Of a stretch of DNA of 32,000 bases, positions 16,350-22,862 are shown in pieces. Position numbers and translations under genes: made by a program. Source of the DNA: Schaalia odontolytica (GTDB lineage Bacteria; Actinomycetota; Actinomycetes; Actinomycetales; Actinomycetaceae); the NCBI RefSeq assembly GCF_005696695.1, contig NZ_CP040006.1, positions 2,070,001 through 2,102,000 of the forward strand. Reading direction: 5' to 3'. The notes beneath the pieces are model-generated. The model did not search any database and had not been told where the DNA came from. It worked only from the letters and a program-made list of their open reading frames with translations. Every line of letters starts with the position of its first letter. The stretch's first letter is position 1.

Positions 16350-16459
16350 GACCCCATTCCACCACTAGGACTTCAGTCCCGCAAGGGGTTTGACAGAAAC
16401 ACAAGCGTTTTCGCGCTCACCTCGACGAGGCAGGGGCGTGCCCCTCCGCTCACGCGAGG

Positions 16460-16981
16460 TCAGGCGGTGAGGAAGTCCGCGTCGGGGCGGGCGCTCAGCG
16501 CCTTGGCAACGGCGCGGCGGAAACGGTCATTCATGGGAGGGAGCTGGTCGCCACGGAAGAACGCGGTCTCGCTGTTTTCACCGTCGGCGGGGCTCGGCTC
16601 GCCGCTCACCCACTCGGCAGCGAAGGCGACGTCCAGGTAGGTGGTGACGTCTCCGTTGTAGTAGGTGACGGGGCCGACGACCTCGACGGAAAGGAGGCGG
16701 CGCACCTCGATGCGAACGTCGGCTTCCTCCAAGGCCTCACGTGCGGCGGCGATCGCGGGCTCCTCGCCCGGGTCAACGATGCCGGTCACGGGAGTCCATG
16801 CGCCGTTGTCCGAGCGGCGCACACACAGGATCTCAACCGCCTCGGGAGCAATGGGGCGTTCCCAGTCGATCGCCACCTGGCCCGGCGCGGGACGCATGAT
16901 AACGACGGTCGTGCCGGGCATCCACAGGGGCGCGTGGCCCATGTGACGGCGCAGTTCGAGGACGAAGTCGGGGGTAGCCAT
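16460..16981 (-). CDS. NUDIX hydrolase
   Basis: Nudix box GIVDPGEEPAIAAAREALEEADV (G-x5-E-x7-REUxEExGU pattern). Confidence 0.8.
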   Translation of the reverse strand: MATPDFVLELRRHMGHAPLWMPGTTVVIMRPAPGQVAIDWERPIAPEAVEILCVRRSDNGAWTPVTGIVDPGEEPAIAAAREALEEADVRIEVRRLLSVEVVGPVTYYNGDVTTYLDVAFAAEWVSGEPSPADGENSETAFFRGDQLPPMNDRFRRAVAKALSARPDADFLTA

Positions 16982-16999
16982 AGCCCTAGTCTACGGCGT

Positions 17000-18622
17000 T
17001 CACAGGAAGGAGGTGATGAGCGGCAGGAGCAGGATCTTGACGATAATTGCGAACGCGAAGAGGGTCGCGTAGGCGGCCTCGATGCGCTCGTCGGTGACGC
17101 GGGCGTCGGCGGCCTGCAGGACGGCCGGCTGGCCGAGGAAGCCCGCGATGCCGCCCGCAGCGCGCGCGGAGGACAAGCCGATGAACTTCGCTCCGAGGGC
17201 CTGGATGACGCAGCAGACGACGACCATGACGGCGGCGAGGAGCGCGGCGCGCCAACCCTCAGGGCTGCCGAGCAGGCTCGCGAACTGCGGTCCTGCATTC
17301 AGGCCGAGGGCCGCGAGGAACAGCATGAGGCCGATCTGTCGGATCGTCAGGTTCGCGGCGGCGGGCAGGGTCCACACGAGCGGTCCGGTGCGGCGCAGTG
17401 CGCCGAGCAGCATACCGACGATCAGGGGGCCGGCGGCGGCGCCCAGCTGGAAGCCCTGGCCGCCGGGCAGCGGGAAGGAGACGATACCCAGGAGCAGACC
17501 GAGGACGAGGCCGATGCCGAAAGCCATGCCGTCAACCTCGGCGACGCGGCGCTCGGAGTCGCCGAGCCACTCGGCGATGTCATCAAGCTCGTCGGTGGGA
17601 ACGACGACGGCGACGTGATCGCCGAGCTGCAGGTCAAGGTCGTCGCGAGCCAGGAGGTCCAGGTCGCCTCGGCGCACGCGCGTGATGACGGCACCGAAGC
17701 GCTTGGTGACGTTCAGCTCGGAGACGCTACGGCCTGCGACGTCGGGGTTGGACACGACGATCCGCTCGAAGGCGAGATCGGAACGGTCATCCTCAAGGTT
17801 GTGGTCGAGGATCTCGCCGACGAGGGGCGCCGTCTCCTTGATCGACGCGGGATCGCCGACCATGACGACGTGGTCGCCCGGCAGCAGGTCCTCGCCGGGA
17901 GCGGTGACGCGGGTGCGCCCGTCACGACGCAGGTAGGACAGGCGCACGCGCTGGTCGCGCCACGCGTCGATGTCGCGCGTGTTGGTGTGCTTGGAGACAT
18001 GAATACTCACGGCTTCCAGGGAGGCCCCCGCGAGGGAAGGCGTGTCCTTGGGACCGACCCACTTCCTCGTCACGGTGATCGTCACAATGAGAATGCCGCC
18101 GATGACGCCCACCGGGTAACCGAAGGCGTAGCCGACCGCCGCGTTGGGATCTCCCGTGAGTCGGGTGGCTGTGTCGAGGGCGGGAGCGGCCGTCAGAGCA
18201 CCCGTGAACAGACCCGAGGTCAGGCCCGATGACAGGCCAAGGAGGCGGCCTCCCGCGAGTGCAATGAGCGCACCCACGACGCACACGATTGTCGTGAGGG
18301 CGAGGAGGTTCGTCTGCTTACGCAAATCCTGAAAGAAGGTGGCACCCGCAGAAATGCCGACGCAATACACGAAGAAGGCCAGGCCCATCGGCTGGACGAT
18401 CGACATGTGGGTGCTGACAACCTCGGGATGCAGGGCCGAGACGGTCAATCCCACGAAGAGCGCGCCGGCCGCTCCGAAGCGCAGCGGGCCGATCCGGATG
18501 GCCCCGATCGCCGCACCCAATGCAACGACGACAAACAGTGCGAGCAGGGGCGAAGACGCGAAAAGAGAGGCCATAGCTTTCAGAGTACCTGTCGCGAGTC
18601 TGGCCTTCTTCACGACTGTCAT
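17000..18622 (-). CDS. Aspartate:alanine exchanger (AAE) family transporter, YidE/YbjL-like, with central RCK_C/TrkA-C domains
   Basis: 540 aa. Two multi-TM halves flank a soluble region containing two TrkA-C-like segments (...VTAPGEDLLPGDHVVMVG... and ...DDLDLQLGDHVAVVV...). The start could instead be the internal Met at 18574. Confidence 0.72.
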   Translation of the reverse strand: MTVVKKARLATGTLKAMASLFASSPLLALFVVVALGAAIGAIRIGPLRFGAAGALFVGLTVSALHPEVVSTHMSIVQPMGLAFFVYCVGISAGATFFQDLRKQTNLLALTTIVCVVGALIALAGGRLLGLSSGLTSGLFTGALTAAPALDTATRLTGDPNAAVGYAFGYPVGVIGGILIVTITVTRKWVGPKDTPSLAGASLEAVSIHVSKHTNTRDIDAWRDQRVRLSYLRRDGRTRVTAPGEDLLPGDHVVMVGDPASIKETAPLVGEILDHNLEDDRSDLAFERIVVSNPDVAGRSVSELNVTKRFGAVITRVRRGDLDLLARDDLDLQLGDHVAVVVPTDELDDIAEWLGDSERRVAEVDGMAFGIGLVLGLLLGIVSFPLPGGQGFQLGAAAGPLIVGMLLGALRRTGPLVWTLPAAANLTIRQIGLMLFLAALGLNAGPQFASLLGSPEGWRAALLAAVMVVVCCVIQALGAKFIGLSSARAAGGIAGFLGQPAVLQAADARVTDERIEAAYATLFAFAIIVKILLLPLITSFL

Positions 18623-18684
18623 ATTGCCTGCGTTATGAACCTCACGGATTGGTTACACTGGTGCCAGAAACTGAAAGGACGGTC

Positions 18685-19176
18685 ATGCCTCAACCAGCAC
18701 CCGGATGGTACCCCGACCCCGCAGGAAGCCAGCGCCTTCGCTGGTGGAACGGCGGCGAGTGGACCGAACAATTCCACGATATGCCACAGCAGGAAGTATC
18801 CGCCGGGCAGCGGTGGCCCGCAGACCCGGCGGCGGGGCAGTACGTGCCCACCCAGTCGCAGGCTCCCACCGTTTCCTCGGACCCCTACAACCCGGCAGGC
18901 ACCGCTCCACAGCTGGGTAACGCCGAAGCGGGATCGCAGCACGCAGGAGACGCCGCACCGAAGAGCGGTCGCGGATGGGTCATCGGCGCTGTTGTCTCTG
19001 CCCTCCTCATGGTCGTTTTCTTCGGCACGATGGTGTACGCGGGTATCCAGCTGCGCGCTCAGAACGTGGAGTGGCGCGACGTGCAGGATCAGCGAAACTC
19101 TACAAAGATCAGCCTCGACCACAAGCAGGATGAACTCAACGATGTGAAGGAAGAACTCGAGGAGGCACAGAAGTGA
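18685..19176 (+). CDS. S1: small membrane protein with an N-terminal DUF2510-like motif, Pro/Gln-rich linker, one TM and a C-terminal charged helix
   Basis: AAAGGA lies 5 nt before the ATG at 18685. MPQPAPGWYPDPAGSQRLRWWNGGEWT matches the GWYxDP...RWWDGxxWT signature. TM is WVIGAVVSALLMVVFFGTMVYAGI. The tail is ...ISLDHKQDELNDVKEELEEAQK. The stop overlaps the L1 start (GTGA). Confidence 0.7.
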   Translation: MPQPAPGWYPDPAGSQRLRWWNGGEWTEQFHDMPQQEVSAGQRWPADPAAGQYVPTQSQAPTVSSDPYNPAGTAPQLGNAEAGSQHAGDAAPKSGRGWVIGAVVSALLMVVFFGTMVYAGIQLRAQNVEWRDVQDQRNSTKISLDHKQDELNDVKEELEEAQK

Positions 19177-19889
19177 GCAACGGATTCCAGCCCCAGGCGA
19201 AGAAGCCCTCCAGCCTTCCTAAGATCCTGACGATTATCTGCTCAGTTCTCGCAATCCTCTTCCTCCTTGTCAGCACCAGCATGTTCGTCAGCGCTCGCTC
19301 GAAGGCGCAGGAGATTGAGGAAGGGCGCGCCGAGATCCAGTCCGCGGACGCTAAGACCGTGGAAATCGACAGCGAAATCACATCCACTAAGGAGCAGATC
19401 GCCGCGGCCAAGGGGAAGAAAGAGGCTCAGAAGTGGTGCGACGACGTCACCCGCGAGAATGCAACGGAGACGAAGCTTCGCAGTCAGGGAAGCGCCCTCA
19501 AGTCGATGAACCAACCCACGCGCGACGCAGTCGATAATCTCTGCTCCCAGAAAAAGGCCTTCATTGAAGCTTTCGCGCAAGACGCAAAAGCAAATACCGA
19601 AATGATCACCCCCTCGAGCCTCGATTGCCAGAAAGACGGCAAGACGATGACGATTACGGCCACTGTCACAATTACTGCTCCCTCGCTCCTGGCGTATGGC
19701 AGCATGGACGTTACTTACAACGTGTTCGCGGCCGATCACGCGATCACCAAATCCGATACTCCGCTCGGGACAGCAACCGCCACCGTTCCTTCGAGCGGGT
19801 CGGGTCCCCTGTCCACATCCATGCCGATCTCGGGCAACGAGACGCACTGCTCGATCGAACCGGTGAGTATCTGGCCCACCGGTCTGTAA
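19173..19889 (+). CDS. L1: N-terminally anchored protein (TM, helix, then beta-rich four-Cys ectodomain)
   Basis: GTG at 19173 with GAGGAGG 8 nt upstream. TM is ILTIICSVLAILFLLVSTSMFV. The charged helix runs up to KEAQKWCDDVTRENA. Cysteines occur at WCDD, NLCSQ, LDCQK and THCSI. The C-terminus is SIWPTGL. Paralogous to L2 and L3. Confidence 0.7.
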   Translation: MSNGFQPQAKKPSSLPKILTIICSVLAILFLLVSTSMFVSARSKAQEIEEGRAEIQSADAKTVEIDSEITSTKEQIAAAKGKKEAQKWCDDVTRENATETKLRSQGSALKSMNQPTRDAVDNLCSQKKAFIEAFAQDAKANTEMITPSSLDCQKDGKTMTITATVTITAPSLLAYGSMDVTYNVFAADHAITKSDTPLGTATATVPSSGSGPLSTSMPISGNETHCSIEPVSIWPTGL

Positions 19890-19934
19890 GCCCCACATCC
19901 ACAGCGATCTCCCGACACGAGAGCAGGAACCCCG

Positions 19935-20498
19935 ATGAGTGAACCCGCGGAAGGCTGGTACGCCGATCCCAGTGGCGCAAATCAACTGCGCTGGTGGGAC
20001 GGACACGCGTGGACGGACTACGTCGAGCCGTACGAGGCACCGGCGCCCTCTCCTCAGGACGTTGAGGTCGCAATTCCGGCGGTGGACGAGGCCTTCCCGG
20101 CTTCGTCCACCGAGGAGTGGGCCGCCACTTCCGCCGGTACACCTATCCCCATGCCCGAGGCCTCCTTCCCGCAGGAGGTCACCCCAGCCTCGTCGGTAGC
20201 GGAGGCACCGGTCGCACCGATTCCGATGCCCGGCTCCCCCGTCGATGAAAAAGACAGCGAGGAGGCGGATGCACCCGAGAAGAGCGGAACGCTCAAGTGG
20301 GTTCTCGCATGCGCAGCATCGTGGGTGCTCGTCGCGGTGTTCATTACCGTGCTCGTCATCGCCTGGTCGCACCTGGGGGCCAGCGGCCGCATCCAGGAGG
20401 ACGCGAAGAACCGCGCCGAGACCGCCCAGAATGAGCTCGACACGGCCCGCTCGACGCTCGAGTCCATCAACCAGCAGCTCCAGGAGGCCACCAAGTGA
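19935..20498 (+). CDS. S2: paralog of S1 (DUF2510-like motif, acidic/Pro-rich linker, TM, helix)
   Basis: MSEPAEGWYADPSGANQLRWWDGHAWT. TM is WVLACAASWVLVAVFITVLVIAW. The tail is ...NELDTARSTLESINQQLQEATK. The stop overlaps the L2 start (GTGA). Confidence 0.72.
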   Translation: MSEPAEGWYADPSGANQLRWWDGHAWTDYVEPYEAPAPSPQDVEVAIPAVDEAFPASSTEEWAATSAGTPIPMPEASFPQEVTPASSVAEAPVAPIPMPGSPVDEKDSEEADAPEKSGTLKWVLACAASWVLVAVFITVLVIAWSHLGASGRIQEDAKNRAETAQNELDTARSTLESINQQLQEATK

Positions 20499-21187
20499 GC
20501 GCTCCCGCACCCCTGCGTGCCGCGACCGTCGCGGGCGCCATCCTCGCCACGGCGTTCATCGTCCTCTCAGCCATCGTCGGGGGCATCAACGCGTGGCGCA
20601 CGCATTCTGCATCCACGTACGAGGCACAGGCTGAGCAGGCCCAGTCCGACAAGGCCACGGTCGATCAGCAGATTACGGAGGCAAAGGCCGCGCTGGATGC
20701 TGCCACCGTACGCAAGGACGCCGAGGCCTGGTGCGATTCGATCACGCGCGAATCCGCCGCGTCGATTCGAGACTCGCTCAAGACCTACGATTCGGCGACT
20801 CAGGCCACCAAGGACGCGATCCACGAACAGTGCGCGGCCAAGGAGACCCTCGCGCAGGTCTACCGCACCAACAAGGACGCTGACTTCACCATCGCGGTGG
20901 GCGAATGCACAACTGACCAGGTGACGACCACGGTGAACGGAACGCTCACCCTCAAGGACTCTTCCCAGATCACGTCGCTGGGCACACTCGATGTGGAGAT
21001 CAACGGGTTTACCGCGGACAAGGGGAAGAACCCCAGCCCCGGCTCGCCGTACCAGGGCACGACGACGATCACTCTGACACCCGGCTCGCCCGCCACTTTT
21101 ACGCTGTCGATTCCCTACGATCCCGCGATGACCGATAAGACCGAGTGCGGCGCGACGATGACCAGCTGGTGGCCCTCCAACCTGTGA
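20495..21187 (+). CDS. L2: paralog of L1 (TM, helix, four-Cys ectodomain)
   Basis: TM is VAGAILATAFIVLSAIVGGI. The helix runs up to RKDAEAWCDSITRESA. Cysteines occur at WCDS, EQCAA, GECTT and TECGA. The C-terminus is SWWPSNL. Confidence 0.72.
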   Translation: MSAPAPLRAATVAGAILATAFIVLSAIVGGINAWRTHSASTYEAQAEQAQSDKATVDQQITEAKAALDAATVRKDAEAWCDSITRESAASIRDSLKTYDSATQATKDAIHEQCAAKETLAQVYRTNKDADFTIAVGECTTDQVTTTVNGTLTLKDSSQITSLGTLDVEINGFTADKGKNPSPGSPYQGTTTITLTPGSPATFTLSIPYDPAMTDKTECGATMTSWWPSNL

Positions 21188-21271
21188 TGCACGGTGAATC
21201 CCGTCACCGCAGCAAATCCAATTTTTTCAACTCGCATAGAATTGGGGAGACACAGTGAAAGGAGTCTCCCC

Positions 21272-21592
21272 GTGAGCACCCCCACCCCCGGCCTGCCCGA
21301 GAATCCGGCTGGCTCCCCCATTCCTCCCGCCGGTCAGGTTCCGGCTGCGCCGAGACCCGCGGTCGCGGCGGCCACGCCGACGTTCACCCCGCTCACCGCC
21401 CCGCGCCCGCGCGCTACGGGCGGGCAGATCGCGATCGCCGTCATCACGTCGGTCCTCGTCGTCCTCTTTGCCATTACGACCCTCATGGCTGCCGGCATCT
21501 ACTCCCTGAAGAGCAAGGACCTCACCGAGACCCAGGAAGAGCTCACCACCGTCCAGCAGGAGCTTCAGGAAGCGCAGGAGGCCACCAAGTGA
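21272..21592 (+). CDS. S3: truncated S-type paralog (Pro-rich N-terminus without the GWYxDP/RWWDG motif, TM, helix)
   Basis: GTG at 21272 is preceded by GAAAGGAG. TM is IAIAVITSVLVVLFAITTLMAAGI. The tail is KDLTETQEELTTVQQELQEAQEATK. The stop overlaps the L3 start (GTGA). The upstream part of ORF 21194..21592 is judged untranslated. Confidence 0.6.
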   Translation: MSTPTPGLPENPAGSPIPPAGQVPAAPRPAVAAATPTFTPLTAPRPRATGGQIAIAVITSVLVVLFAITTLMAAGIYSLKSKDLTETQEELTTVQQELQEAQEATK

Positions 21593-22302
21593 GTGACAAC
21601 AACATCCCCACGCCCGAGGCAACCGCCCCGGCTCCCGTGACGGTCGCGACCAAGGCCCCGAAGAGCAAGGGACTGTCGATCTACAACCGCGTCGCGCTCG
21701 TCCTCCTCCTCGTCCTCGTCATCGCGACGACCACCCTGTTCACCTTCGCCGTCCAGAAGACAAAGGCGGAGAAGGACATGAAGGATGAGATCCAGACAAT
21801 CAAGGAGCAGACCGCCGCCCTCGCTGCCCCGGCCTGGTGCGAGCAGGTGACCCCGGACAACGTCGACAAGGTCGACGAGCTGTACTCCAAGTACGACAGG
21901 ATGTCCTCGGAAGCTCAGGAATCCGTGAAGAAGGAATGCAAGGATCGGGTTGACGCCGTCCAGCTGCTGAAGTTCCAGGACGCCGAGGACGCATTCAAGG
22001 TTGATTCTACCTGCGAGCTGGACGACGCTCAGACGACTCTGCACTGCACCGCGGACGTCTCCCCCGCCAGCGACACGGTGAAGACCAAGCTCGAAGCTTT
22101 CCAGACGACCGACCTGACGTTCGAGATCCTGTTCGACGATTCGATGTTTGTTGTCGGTACCCCCGACCACGTCACAGAAAACGTCACAACCGCGACGATG
22201 ACGAAGGGCGAGAAGGTGTCCCTCGAGTTCACGACACCCTACGACCCAAGCTGGGGCGCCCACTACAAGGTCAAGGTCACGAAGTACTTCCCGCACGCGT
22301 GA
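21589..22302 (+). CDS. L3: divergent paralog of L1/L2 (TM, helix, four-Cys ectodomain with a different Cys spacing)
   Basis: TM is VALVLLLVLVIATTTLFTFAV. The helix runs up to AAPAWCEQVTPDNV. Cysteines occur at WCEQ, KECKD, STCEL and LHCTA. Confidence 0.68.
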   Translation: MSDNNIPTPEATAPAPVTVATKAPKSKGLSIYNRVALVLLLVLVIATTTLFTFAVQKTKAEKDMKDEIQTIKEQTAALAAPAWCEQVTPDNVDKVDELYSKYDRMSSEAQESVKKECKDRVDAVQLLKFQDAEDAFKVDSTCELDDAQTTLHCTADVSPASDTVKTKLEAFQTTDLTFEILFDDSMFVVGTPDHVTENVTTATMTKGEKVSLEFTTPYDPSWGAHYKVKVTKYFPHA

Positions 22303-22327
22303 GCCAGGCACTCTGATCGAACGCACA

Positions 22328-22359
22328 GGTCCCGTCGCCCAATTCCGGGCGGCGGGACC
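22328..22359 (+). terminator. Stem-loop terminator after L3
   Basis: 13-bp stem GGTCCCGTCGCCC / GGGCGGCGGGACC (one G-U pair) with a 6-nt loop, 26 nt after the L3 stop and between convergent genes. Confidence 0.55.
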
Positions 22360-22430
22360 ACGTGCATTCACAAGAGGCAGGCGCGCGGTCCACATCGCCA
22401 CGTAGCCCCGCCACGGCCTCACGCAAGCGC

Positions 22431-22853
22431 TTAGTAGTGCTCATGTGAGTCGTATCCGCGCAGCCGATCCAGCTCTCGCCGTTCCTTCTTCGTGGGACGC
22501 CCGCTCCCCTTCTCACGCATGGCGACGGGAATGTGCACGCGCGGGCGCTCAGGCGTGCGATCGTCGTAGGCCGTGCGCGCCTGCGGGTAGGACACGCGCT
22601 TGTTCAGCAGCAGGTTGACCCCCAGGATGCGGTCGAAGCCCTCGATGCGCAGGCGCACCTCGTCGCCGACGCGTACCTTGTAGGCGGCCTTGACGGCCTC
22701 TCCGTTGACACGCACGTGCCCGGCGCGCACGGCGGCCGTCGCCTGCGACCGGGACTTGAGCTGGCGAGTCGCCCACAGCCATGTATCGACGCGCACGGCC
22801 GACGAGGCGAGGGCACCCGCGGGGATAACGACTTCTTCGGGGGTCTCACTCAT
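22431..22853 (-). CDS. S4-domain RNA-binding protein (Hsp15/HslR-like)
   Basis: VRVDTWLWATRQLKSRSQATAAVRAGHVRVNGEAVKAAYKVRVGDEV matches the S4/Hsp15 alpha-L motif. Basic C-terminal tail. Confidence 0.75.
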   Translation of the reverse strand: MSETPEEVVIPAGALASSAVRVDTWLWATRQLKSRSQATAAVRAGHVRVNGEAVKAAYKVRVGDEVRLRIEGFDRILGVNLLLNKRVSYPQARTAYDDRTPERPRVHIPVAMREKGSGRPTKKERRELDRLRGYDSHEHY

Positions 22854-22862
22854 AGCGACCGC

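Noticed and set aside
16934-18232. Plus-strand ORF of 432 aa
   Set aside because: Antisense to the AAE transporter. Low-complexity Gly/Asp/Glu/Arg translation.
19242-22422. Minus-strand ORFs 19242..20510 (422 aa) and 21565..22422 (285 aa) across the S/L cluster
   Set aside because: Each spans several plus-strand genes and their junctions, and their translations are Arg/Gly/Leu-rich. The plus-strand set has SD sequences, start/stop coupling, TM segments and paralog conservation that the minus-strand ORFs lack.
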